Source: Okamejei kenojei
Lineage: Eukaryota
Length of the DNA: 64,000 nucleotides
Direction: 5' to 3'
Assembly: GCA_035221665.1 (NCBI GenBank)
Contig: CM069134.1
Coordinates: 88,474,001 to 88,538,000 of the forward strand
Each line of letters begins with the position of its first letter. Positions within the stretch are counted from its first letter, which is position 1. The notes under the pieces were generated by a model. That model made no database searches, was not told where the DNA came from, and was given only the letters and a program-made list of their open reading frames with translations. The translations under genes were made by a program, and so were the position numbers. Below, one piece after another: positions 13,311 to 25,194 of this stretch.

Positions 13311-15687
13311 TTTTACTTACAGTTTCAGATGCTTAATTCAACTGCTTTGAGTCCTTCATAGCGTTTAATAGCGGGTTATCTCAGAAATATAGCAAAGATA
13401 AATGAGTAAACTTGAGCAGTAATCGGGAGCCACGCTCACACACAGCTGTTCAACCCATGTTCAACCCGGAAGTCCCCCCTCATGTGTTTTGACATCAGAG
13501 GGTGAGATGCTACTCCATGGTGTTCTAACTTCTGTCGCGGGTATGAGGATAGGGCACTTCTTGCGCAGTTGATGGCACTATAACTCAAGCCTTCATCGAA
13601 GTGTAGACTTGCCAGGAACTCCAGCACATCCGTGATGGTGGCTGTGTTGTAAGTTGTGTTTGTCCTGGCACAAAATACCTCCCATTTTTTGATATAGATG
13701 AGGTACTGTTTCCTGGTGGACTCTCTGCATGATGCCGCGATGATATTCATGGTTCGGTCCGACAGCCCAAATTCCAGGAGAAGTCTTTTTCAAATCTTGC
13801 ACCCAATAGGTTCATTCGGTCAGGGCACGGATGGCTCTCCCTTGTCACAGGATGTACCAGCAAACTCGGGCGTTTGTAGATCGGAATCCATGGCTCTGAC
13901 TATGTCGAGTACCACAGGGTACCATGGCTGAGTAGGCCAATCGTGTACTCCCAAAATACCTGATGCGGAGTCTTGTTGAATTTTTCGCAAGACCCGACTG
14001 ATGAGGCAGAAGGGGGGGAAATGACTAGAAACAACCAGTGCCTGAAGTAAAAAGTGGGGTTACATTAGCTAATGTAAAAAAGTGGGGTTACATTAGCTAC
14101 CCTTAAAAGTGGGGTTACATTAGCTAACCCAGTATGAAAAGATCAGAAGTTATAGAACTCCATGTATCCCTGAACAAGTGTAACCTTCCCCCAACCTGGG
14201 AATAAGTTACACAAGCTATGTTCCGAAGGCAACCAGACCCACCTACCTCCATGGTTACCAGTGGTGCTGTGTTGGTTTTCTCCTTCCTTGGTTCCTGGGA
14301 GGTGGAGGTGTTGTGGTGTGGGGTTGGCGCATCTTCCAGGAAGGCCGTTCTGGGACATGGCCTGAAAAAGACCTTTGTGTACGTGTAACGGCCTTCGTGC
14401 TTTCACCAGCTTTTCTTTCAGTGTGATAACGCAGCCTGCTGGTGGATGCGTAGGGGTGCTGCCGCCGAATATATGAGGACCTGGTAGCGGCCGGCACCTT
14501 AACCATGCCGACGGCTTTTGCCTCTTTGTCGAGGACTTTTACCTGTTTGGGCAGGTTGTCCCTGAACAACAGAGTAGGCGGCTGTGCACTGCTGGTTCTA
14601 TACAACCCGCGAACTTTGGGTTTAGTGTAGGTCGGATGGCACTCTTCCTGAAACAGTTGATCTCAAATTGACCATACAGGAGAGTGCCAGAGCATCCTGT
14701 TGCTCCTCCGACATATCTTCCGTCTACTGACCTGGTAAAGCTGTAATACCCGAGGCCAGTAGTTTGAGGATTTACCGCAGGCACATTGAGGGAAATGCAG
14801 TTTTCTGGAGCTAGATGTTTGGCTGTCGTGTCGTTCATAGCTTGTTCTTGTAGCTGATGAGTTGTTAAGTAATTTATACTGACTGCTGGCTGACAACGGT
14901 AGTCCCTTCTGTGAGGGCATCGCAAACTTGGATGCCATCTCGAGTAGCTCCTCTTCTTGAACCCCAAGCATGTTGGATTCTTCTGCCAACACCTCCTCTT
15001 CAGAGTCAGCCCAGACCTGACTCCTTATGCTCCCCTGCGAAGAGGGTGAGACATTTGGCAGCCCTGTAAAGGGTACTGCCATGGGTCTGCTAGGAGACCC
15101 ATGATGACCAGACGCCTGCTAGAGTGGGTCACGTTGGAGAAGTGCTCCACCATCCGCTCCATGCGGGATTATTGACTGTCGTCGCTACCCGCGAACGGCG
15201 ATTCTCCGAGCCCAGACCCTGCCGAGTCAACGGGCTTGCCTGACTTCCGGGTGGCTTTGCCGCCAATCTGAGGTGCTCCTGCGGGCTGTTGCGGCGTTAA
15301 GTCGGGGCTGCCGCTTGTAACAAGCAGCTGTGGAGAAGCCGGCCGCTGCTGACTGGCCGCGTTCCCGCGGTCCTCCGCAGTCAGTCTCTCGAAGTGGCCA
15401 GTTCCATGGTGGGGTACACTGTACCACAGAGTCCCCGAAAATGACCTCAGGTTAGTTGATACTTACCTGTAGTACCGTTCCAGTGGAGGTGCGACCCTCG
15501 TCCCTGCCTGTCGCTTCACAATGCGTTCGACGATATGTCGCGCATGTGTGCTGGCGGGGTCTTCACGTAGACATTCACGTGATTCCAAAGTAAAATCAAG
15601 TATTGATTCCCAGAGGAAAATAAATATAGGGGGAACAGCTTCACACATCTGTTGCCCAACAGGGATGTGGACTGAGAATGACTTTGT

Positions 15688-15790
15688 GGGTGGCTCTGTA
15701 GTAGTGTTGCTGCCTCACAGTTACAGGGGCCCCAGTTCAATCCTGACCTCTGGTGCTGTCTGGTTGGAGCTTGCATGTTTTCTCTGTGGC
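15688..15790 (+). mobile_element. HE1-like V-SINE 5' fragment
   Basis: tRNA-like head (gctgcctcacag...agttcaatcctgacc) and start of the V-core (ggagcttgcatgtt). Confidence 0.65.
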
Positions 15791-17578
15791 TGTTCAATTG
15801 TTCAATAGTGCTTTATTGTCACATGTGCAAAACAGAGAAAATGTCCAAAAAGTACGTTCTTTCAATCTTAGTTTCTGTTCCCAAAATACCTTGCATGCAA
15901 CAACATTTTAATCAAACTAATTCTTAAATGGAAAGGATGTTGGGCCAACCATATGCCTGGCTCCTCTGGTCCAGTTGAAGTGTCCCAATCTGTCTCATCG
16001 ACTATCTATTCATTTCTATAGATGTTGTTTGACTCATTGAGTTTCACCTGCTACTCAAGTTTTACTCCAGTTTCCAACATCTACTGTCTTTTGTGTCTCC
16101 ACCATGGTATGTTGGAAGAACAGCCTATTACAGAGTAATTACTAAGCAAAGTTTGCAGTTCAGACTTCTGTCCAGTGGAGTCCTAGGTGTGGGAGACTTA
16201 CACTGGATCTGTGGATTAACATGAAGTCTAAAACAAACCGTGGTGATTCGATCACTTGATAGCAGATTTCATGCGTTCACCAGTTATGGGCTGAGAAATT
16301 TTGCCAAAAATCATACAATGACACAGCACAGAAAAAGGCCTTTCAGCCCACTGTGTCCATCCTAACTAACTATACTAATGCCATTTACTAGCACATGGTT
16401 TATTTCCTTTATGACATGAACTCTGAGATTTGGCCAAGTTAATCATGGGGTAAATACTGTCAGTCCATTGAAATAAACAGAGACATCAGTTACTGGGAGA
16501 AATATAAGTGAGTACTTTTATTTGATTTAAACCTGTTACATTAAATATCTATCATTATCCGTGTGTGTGTGGTATTTTAACTTAAAAAATGGCATCATTT
16601 TTAATTTGATGACAGATCGAAGGCGATTTTGAATGCTTGTCAACGTCAAAAATGTTTGCCGATTTAAAGGACAGATTTGAAGGAAGATACGACAGGCCAA
16701 TAGCACTAACAGTGACTGTATGCTGCCTTGTATCACAAATGGATCCCAGCCTCCTAGTGAAAGGTTACAGTAGGAGGCCACACAGACAGTAACAAGAGGC
16801 ACATGGCAAACCTGGAGCAGTGGATGTCTTGGTCCATTGATCTCAATGGTGTGCTGAATACTGCTTTACTTTAATAAAACCCAAAACCTTTTGATTTACA
16901 GAAATGTCCCGTATTTTCCTCAAATTACACACCATCCTGACTTTGAAATGTATCATTTTGCTTCATGACCAGCGAGTGTAAATTCTGTACCTCCCTACCC
17001 AATAACACATGAACTACAATGGGTTCAAGAAAGCCTCGGGCATGAAGGGATGGACAAGAGATGTCCAGATTCAAAAGAGAAAGTTAAAAAGCAGTAGTTA
17101 TCACTCCTCCCTATCCCAACCCCCATTGTATAGTGTTAATGAGAAGTGTGGTAACCTTTTGAGAAATTACATAGTTCCAGATGTAAGAATTAAGTTACTC
17201 CCTCTGGGGTAGAATCCAAAATGATCAGGCTAACTCACAATCTTCCAAAATAAAAAATGCTGGTAGATGATACAGAAGTAAACAGCATTGAACAGTTCAC
17301 ACATGTGCATTAACATTTTTCCTTCCTTTCCCATAAATTATCAATTATCAATGATGAAAGTCTTGCTTCTGGCCATACAAGAAATGTAGAAAATTTCAGT
17401 TACTCATACACTGTCTGCTACTTGTTCTTGGAAGTTATTACCTCAATATAAACGGTGAACCTACTGAAAATAACAAGACCGGTCTCATTTTGTTAACTGG
17501 ATTATACATTTTTTTTGTTTGTAAGAGAAAATTAATGAATTTGACATCCATTTTTCCATTTTCAAGATCTGAAGAAAT

Positions 17579-17609
<31 letters not shown>
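17579..17609. repeat. Poly-G run (31 nt)
   Basis: Uninterrupted G homopolymer. Confidence 0.9.
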
Positions 17610-17610
<1 letters not shown>

Positions 17611-18534
17611 TCCATTTGTTATCTGATGCTTATCACAATGTATTGATCTGAAGAGCACAAGAAGCTGGAGCAGGATTTTTCTTGATCCCTATAAATAACA
17701 ATTGTTACTTGCTGGTTATCATCCACTTTACCCAATCTTGTTATTTTTGCACCCAATAAATGAAGGATGCTGAGGGATGATTTGAAGTGAGGATTTCTTG
17801 ATATTAAGAGGAACTGACAGTGATTCTGGAAAGATGCTATTTCTAAATGTTGACGATGAGGGTGCAGTGGATCACCTGTCATAGAATCTTTGAAACAGGT
17901 CCTTCAGTCCATTATGTCCATGCCGACCTCTTTGTCCATCTGCACGTCATCTGAGCCCCCATTAGGATTATATACTTCTATGTCTTTAAATGTCTCTTAA
18001 AAGTAGTTAGAGTATCTAATTTCATCACTTTCTCTAACAATGGGTTCCAGATATTAAGCACTCTCTGTATGAAACATTTAGATTCCCTTTAAAACTCCTT
18101 CCTCTCGACTTAAATCTGTGCCTGCTTGTTTGTGAAACTCTGACCAGGGGAATTAGATTTTGAATAACTTCTCTCTGCCTGCATCTAGAGAGAAAGAACA
18201 GCTTCTTTCCCACTATTAGCAGACTCTTGAACAGACTTCTCCCACAGATGATGCCACAGATGATCTCTCAGTCTTCCAATCTACCGCACGGTGGACTTGC
18301 ACTTTTTAAAAATCTGAACTTTATGTATCGTTGTATCCCGGTACACATGACAATAATAAACCAAACTAACATCAAAAATTTCTCTATAGACTGCTCAGTA
18401 TTCTTTATTCCAGGAGAAACAAGATTTAACAAGCTCCAGTTTACCAGTTATTAATGATCCAGACACACGAGTATGTCCCACCAAGATATCTGGGAATTAG
18501 GAACCTGGAATAAAAAAGCTAAGGTCAGTACACC

Positions 18535-18625
18535 GTTGGGGGTGCAGTGGGTGGTACTACTGCTACACAGCCCCAGCCAACTGCATTTGATCCTGACTTC
18601 CAGGGTTGTCCGTGTAGATTGACCA
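18535..18625 (+). mobile_element. Degenerate HE1-like V-SINE head
   Basis: tgcagtgggtggtactactgctacacagc...tttgatcctgacttccagggttgtccgtgtaga resembles the other SINE heads. Confidence 0.5.
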
Positions 18626-20573
18626 CATCATCCACAAATGGGTCATATTCATGCTTAGTCTAGTTGCAACATGTTATTTTTTTTACATGAGAATAGATTC
18701 TAATGTTTTCATTAGTGTGTTCATAATAAAGCATAGATTCTCTGTATGAGTGGAGATTGATTGATTTGGTATGACACAGTTGATATTGGGAGTAGCTGCT
18801 CTGTCTCCAGAGTTGACGAACAGTAAGGTCTTGTGCTTTGGGGAAACTCCAATCCAAGCTGTCCTATTCTGCCTTTTCTGCCCAGAGCTTGATGCCACCA
18901 ATTGACCTTGTGTAGTACGAGTTTTAAGTCCATAATGAGCTTCAATGCACAAAATGTCACAGAAAACATGATTTGCATCGCTCCAGGAATTTCCATGATG
19001 TCAGAAAGCATTTTACAACTGATGATGTATGTTTGAAATGTGATTTAGTATTGTAAATTGTGAAAAGTAGCCACCAATTGCTTTAAATAACAAAGTGATC
19101 ATGATCATTCTTGGTTAGTAAGGTTGAGTGAGGGATAAATATTGGGCTGGACACATGGGATAATCCACTTCCTCGTCTTCTTTATTTATTTCCTTTTTAA
19201 AGCATAAGCCAATGGTCAACTGAACCTCACCTCTAAATGATGACACCCTCAAGGTAAAGCATTCTCTGAAATGTCAACGCTGACTTTTGTCCTCAAGTCT
19301 CTAAAATAGGATTTGAAACATAAGGCATCAACAAGGGTGTTACCAACTGAGTCAAAATAGCTGAGTTTAGTTTTGTAGAATTGAGTCTATAAAAGCATGA
19401 CTGGTTATATTGTACTATGTCACGTATAAAAAAAGTATTTTTGGTGCTTCATCAGAATTGTATCTCTTCAGAAAATGTTAGCAATAATTCACATCGACTT
19501 AAGTGGTGGAAGGCATTAGGGTTATCTTAATCCAGCGATCTGGAACAACCTTACATTCCCACGGTTGCTGCATCTAATTGCTTGTTAAGTGATTCCAGAA
19601 ATGTTTTCCTCAGATTTCCAAAATTGTACTGATAAATTTTCACATGAAAGGTTATGAATTAAGCTCAAAGGTTTTGGAAACCAGAAGAAAAGCCAGAGCT
19701 GGATAAGAACTTGGCCAAAGGGGACAAAAAAAGTATTGGTTACCGGTTAAAGGAACAATGTTAAGATAGGAACATTTCTCAATGGGTGTCTTGAGGCTTA
19801 GTCGGAACATTTTGTTTTTGATATGCACCAGTGAGTTAGATTCAGCAGGTCAACCTAAACCAATCAAACCTATAGGGAAGTCGATCTTGGAGAGCACATG
19901 GAATTAAGAAATGGTTCCTAAAATCATAAGGACAAATGAAAAATTGGTAAAACAATAGCAAAGGAAATGTAATACAGGTAATTGCATAGAAAAATATTGG
20001 AGAATGGAGAGACATACAGATAACATAAACTCTACCAATGGCATTGATTTAGCTAAAAAGGGGAATGAAAGAGAACGAGGAACATAATAAACATAGCAGT
20101 GCATTTCTCTAATGTGATTCATAATCTTATGATAAAATGAGATACTTTACAACCGGTGAACTAATTTTTAAAACATATTGACTGTTAAAAAAGATTGGAA
20201 ATGAAGCAGTCAAATGATATATAGCCAGCTCCCACATGCAGCTTCCATGTGCATAATTCTATCTTAAATGATATCCAAATATTAATATATAACTGTCATT
20301 ACAAATTAATGCTAGATTTCCTATAATTAATGTCGTAATATTTTGGAATCATTGTCATTATTTGTGACTTTATATAAGATTGTAACATACAATAAAATTG
20401 CTAAATTGCTAAACCGCCTTTGCTCCAACTAAAATCTCTTGGCTACGCATCTAGTATTTGGGTGAACAGATTACATACCCATTCATTGTTTTTACTTGAG
20501 GAACACACATAATGGTAAACTGCTGGCAATATTGACATAATTTAATGGTCTGGAAAGGTATTGAACAGCCTAA

Positions 20574-21230
20574 TGGGCCTGTCCCACTTAGGCGATTTTT
20601 TTTCGGTGACTGCCAGCGACTGTCACAGTCATAACAGGTCGCCGAAAAAGCGGCGACTGGACCCCGCCCCCACGGCAATGTCTATGACAAGCTACGACAG
20701 CCTACCACCTAGTCGACGTCAAGCTACCGAAAATCGGCCGCCCATTAGGTTGTCACACCTACGACAACCTACGACCACAAAGGCGACCACCTACGACAAC
20801 CAAAGTCAACCTACGTTCACCGCGACAAGTTACAACAAGCAAAGACCTTGTCGGTGACAACTGAAGACAACTGAAGACAATTCAGTTGACAGTACCTGTC
20901 GCTGTTTGACACAGGTTGACGTAGGTAGTCACCAATGGAATTCACCGGTCAGCACCTGGCGACAACCAACATCACCTGGCGACAACCTGCGACATCCTGG
21001 CGACACACTACAACAACACCTACGATAGGAGAAGACAAGCTATGTCAAGCCCACAGTCGCAAAAAGTTTTGAACATTTCAAAATCCAGCAGCGACCAGAA
21101 AAACATTACGACTCTTTAGGCGACTTGAGGAGACTACTCATGACCGTACAGGCGTCACCCCACGACCATGTGGCGACAGCCTAGTCACCTTTGGTCGCCG
21201 AAAAAAATCGCCTAAGTGGGACACGGGCTT
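20574..21230. mobile_element. Non-autonomous PIF/Harbinger-type DNA transposon (MITE)
   Basis: TIRs of ~35 bp (gggcctgtcccacttaggcgattttttttcggtgac / gtcgccgaaaaaaatcgcctaagtgggaca..). Flanked by TAA at 20571-20573 and 21231-21233. CpG-rich interior with many cgacaac motifs. Confidence 0.85.
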
Positions 21231-21822
21231 TAAGTTGATTGCTGTGATGTGGTTAACATGTAGTTGTGATATACAATTTTCAGGATGTTATTAATAATCA
21301 AGGAAACACGGCCTAGGGCCAACCTAAAAAGTAATTTTTAAATTATATTTACACAGATAAAACTGCCTTGACAATATAATTAATTTTACTTTAAACATGT
21401 GGTTTTATAGTACTGGGAACAGGCAACTGATCAATCTATTCGGCATGTTTGCTCCATATTCCAGCATCTGCAGTCGTGTGTGTCTCCCGACTGACAATCG
21501 TATTGTTTGCAGACCCAGAATGGATTTTGCTAGTCAATGACATGACTTGATGAATTAGGGCAAAATCACAGAAGACAACGGACAGCATTGAATTTGAAGG
21601 TGTTATTTATTGTCATTGCCAATTTAAATGTAGTTTATTATCGTAATCATAAGTTGTTGTATTTTGTTTTGTTTTTTTTAATGTCAGGAATTTCAGTAGT
21701 AATTATTTTACTCAGGCAGTGGGAAGCATGTGGAACTCATTACTATGGGGAATGGTTGAGATGAATACTGTCGGTGTGATTAAGAAGAGGCTGGACAACC
21801 ACATGTGGGAGAAGGCAATAGA

Positions 21823-22160
21823 CGGGTGGTACAATGGTGCTGTAGTTAGTGGCTCACATCTCCAGCAGGTTTGGTTCGATCCTGACCTCTGGTACTGCCT
21901 GTGAGGAGTTTGTACATTCCCCTGTGATCATGTGACTTTCCTCCAAACGTTTCCTTCCACATCCCAAAGACATGCTGGTTTTCAGATTAATAGACTGCTG
22001 TAGATTTCCCCGAATGCTGGTGCCATTTGGGAATAGCAAAGGGTGTTAATGGGCATGTTTGAGAGAATATGTTACGGGCAAACAAGTATAGAAATTGAAT
22101 TATTCTGAGAGTTGGCATTGACTTAATGGGTCAAATGGCCTGCCTTTATGTTGTAAGGAA
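21823..22160 (+). mobile_element. HE1-like V-SINE
   Basis: B-box ggttcgatcc, V-core gagtttgtacattcccctgtga...cacatcccaaagacatgc, CR1-like tail aatggcctg. Confidence 0.75.
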
Positions 22161-23740
22161 ATATGGGAGCAATATTGATCCAATTAATAGGAGAAAGCTC
22201 CAGTGAACCATAAACGCCAGTATAGACAGGCTGGGCCAAATTACCAGTTTTGGCGCTGTTTATCCTATGAAAACCAATGGTAAGAAGTAAAGAGACCCCT
22301 GAAATGATCTAAAAAAACAAAATACTAAAGTACAATCCTCATCAAACAATCTGCATCTCTCCTTTTCCTAATTACTAACCTTTGAATAACTTATTGGTCA
22401 CTTACGTCCCATCAGTATATTCTACTGTTTCTAACACTCTTGTACTTAAGTTTGGTTGCGCCTGTAATTAGCAAGATTTTTACTGAACTGTATGCCAAAA
22501 CGGGAAATTTACTGCCCCTAGGTACATGTGACAATAAACTACCATTGAACCATTGAACGTCACCTTGAGAACCTCAGTGTCAAATGTTTGATAATTTCTG
22601 CTGCAAAGTGGCTTGGCTTGTCCAAGATGAGTCTGTGCAGGCCAATGTTAATCTTCATTTTACTTAGATGCAGAGCTTGCTAGACTAAATGTGGTTACTT
22701 GAAACTTAACACAAGAACCACAAACTCTTTGTGTGATTTTGAATTTTGTGACAATTACATAAATTTAAAAGAGTATCTATAGTAAACAGATAAACAATTA
22801 AACCACAGTAAAAAGAGCCACCATGTTAATGGAGCACCTTTGTTACTGAAGGAATCGGTTGGTTTACAACAAAACAAGGGTTTGGTTTTAATTTATATTG
22901 AATGGCTAGAAGGTGTACAATGAAGCTATCAATTCAGTAAATCAGTTTGCTGCTGCAAATATTCTTCTGCCCTTCTCTCTGTCCACATCTCCCATTCCGG
23001 CAGCAGGCTGATGTTGATGCTTTTTGTTATGTCTCCTTCGAATGCATGGAGGTGAACTAACTCGTCATCCCCAATATAATAGGTGGCCGAGGCTATTCAG
23101 ATCCCTCCCTTTGCAGCTGTCAATGTCGCATTGACTTTCTGTCAGGGTTGCTCGCTTATTGTTTGTGAGTTTGATTAAAAAAAACAAAAAAAAAACAAAA
23201 TGCAATTACCCGGGTTGAAGGACCAGACTCTATCACTCATACAGATAATCTCAGGGTAATGTGACAAGCATTCCCATGGCAACTGCAGGAAGAACTTAAG
23301 TCCAAGAGTTTGTCTTCTCATCTTTCTGCTTATTGTTTAATGGATTAAAACTTCCTTCTCAAAATGCTACGGAACTGCAGTGAGGAAGCCACCATTTCAA
23401 AGTGTTCACAGTGATGCATCCGCTTTGCTTGGCAGACCAAAGGGAACTTAAAAGCATTTTTTTGTGTTTTCTACAAATTCACAGCCATGTGTAACTTTAG
23501 TTTTAAGTTAAATTGCTATGCTTTTGGCTGGATATAATAAGCAATATCCTTGCTCACAGCATGATTTTCAAGCTCTATCCTTGCATGTGTGACTAAACAT
23601 CACAGTGGGATAAAATATTTAATGAACCAGGTCTTGGTTAAGTGTTATTTGAGGTTTATTTCTTTTTTCTTAAAGGGAAATGCAAATGAGCTCCCGTTTT
23701 CCTCACAAACATAACCGCACGTTTTATGCCTCTACGCTAG

Positions 23741-24085
23741 AGCAGCGCAGTGGCACAGCTAGTAGAGCTGCTGCCTCACAGCTCCAGCTACCTAGGTTCA
23801 ATGCTGATCTCCAGTGCAGGCTGCATGGAGTTTTCATGTTCTCTCTGTGACCACATAAGTTCACAGACAGGGTGCTCTGGTTTCCTCCCACATGCCAAAG
23901 ACGTGGGGGTCGGGAGGTTAATTGTTCCTACTGTATAGATGTGTGGTAGGATCGAAAAATGAAATGATGTGAATATGGAGAAATGAATTGAATTAGTGCA
24001 GATTTAATGAAAAAATTAATGGTTATGGTCAGTGTGGACTTTGTGGACTGCATGTCCTGTTTCCGTCTTGTATCTCGCTACACAC
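23741..24085 (+). mobile_element. HE1-like V-SINE
   Basis: A-box-like tggcacagctagtagagc, B-box ggttcaatgc, V-core, tail cctgtttccgtcttgtatctc. Confidence 0.8.
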
Positions 24086-24704
24086 TAAGCTTTTCATCTT
24101 TGCTGCGCTGTTGTAGTGAATAATACTTTGTAATTTGCTGCTTGAAGATCTTCATTCCATTGAATATCTATTGTTCGTTTTCACAGAAGAATGATTATTT
24201 GTTGACCAGTGCAATTGCAAACATTTCTATAAAATGTTTATCTTTGTAATTATGATATTATAAATGCTTAAATTTATGCTTAAATAAATGCTTAAATGCT
24301 TATATTAAATAAGTATTTATCTAACTAAAAAATCTGATAGATGTTTAATTTGATAAATAAGTATTTAATTTCATTCAAAGTCAAGATGCTGACTGAATTT
24401 TCGTATGGCCATCATTTGAAACTCTGCAAAGGTTTATGTTTATGCTTGTCATATGTACGGGTGCAGAATATAAGCACTCAAAGTTCAACTGGAAGTCGTC
24501 AGCATTGCAGTGCCTTCCATTGACAAAGTCCAATGCCCACAGGTGAATCAGGATCAAACATCAACCCAATGAGACTGCAAATATTTAAAAAATTGCAGAT
24601 GCTGGAAATTTGGAATAAATAAAGAAAATGCTGGAAAAACTCTGGGGGCAGCAGACAGCATCTGTGGAAAGAAAGAAGTTAACGCTTATGTTCTAAGCTT
24701 CGCA

Positions 24705-24915
24705 TTGCTATTGCTAATAGAGCCACTCTTTTCCAATGTCAAAAACCCAGATTCAATCCTGACCTCCACTGCACTCAGTGTGGTTTTGCACATTCGCTCT
24801 ATAACTGCGTGGGTTTACTCCAGGAGCTCTGGTTTCCTTCCACATCCCAATATGCAGGATGGTAGGTTAATTAGCTACAAAAAGTGCCGCATGTGTGTAG
24901 CTGAGTGATAGAATG
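24705..24915 (+). mobile_element. HE1-like V-SINE fragment
   Basis: gattcaatcctgacctc...gcgtgggtttactccaggagctctggtttccttccacatccc V-core. Confidence 0.7.
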
Positions 24916-25194
24916 GAGGCGGAAAATTATGCTCATCATGCTGTAGGAGAAAAGAAATGGAATTAACAGTCTGACGATCCTTCATCATAGAAACATGTGA
25001 ACCTATAAATTAGCAGCATAAATAGACTTCTTAGCCTCTTTGAGCTGGCTTTGCTATTCAAAGAAGATAAATCCAATTTCATTACAATTTCCACTTTGCA
25101 TTGCTGTCGATAGTTGGGAACCATACACACCTTTATGGATTTATACACTGTAAATGGATATCTGATGGTTGGTGTGGACCTGGGTGGGCTGCAG

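Larger units (their letters stand above)
8643..13475 (-). mobile_element. L1/Tx1-clade LINE with both ends, internally deleted and frameshifted
   Basis: TSD cccctcatgtgt at 8631-8642 and 13476-13487. T-rich 3' end at 8644. 5' end reads GGACTTCCGGG. ORF1, APE endonuclease, YADD RT and C-terminal Cys/His domains are all recognisable. Confidence 0.93.
7629..15595 (-). mobile_element. DIRS1-like retrotransposon (copy B), split by an L1 insertion; RT/RNase H region deleted
   Basis: ITRs (acgtgaagaccctgtcagcacgcatgcgcgacat ~7704-7737 vs atgtcgcgcatgtgtgctggcggggtcttcacgt ~15535-15568) and ICR ~7752-7830. YR C-terminus in ORF 7994..8248 (TLATAGWSNETT), YR N-terminus in ORF 13436..13750 (LSYSAINCARSALS...HPLMSKHMRG). 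Dam-like motif SFPPFCLISRVLRKIQ...DWPTQPWYP at ~13915-14020. Gag-like ORFs at 14255-15082. Confidence 0.9.

Noticed and set aside
17579-17609. Poly-G as a functional G-quadruplex
   Set aside because: Isolated homopolymer with no context; its length may be a sequencing artefact.
23741-23815. tRNA-like sequences with A and B boxes
   Set aside because: These are SINE heads followed by the V-core, not cloverleaf tRNA genes.
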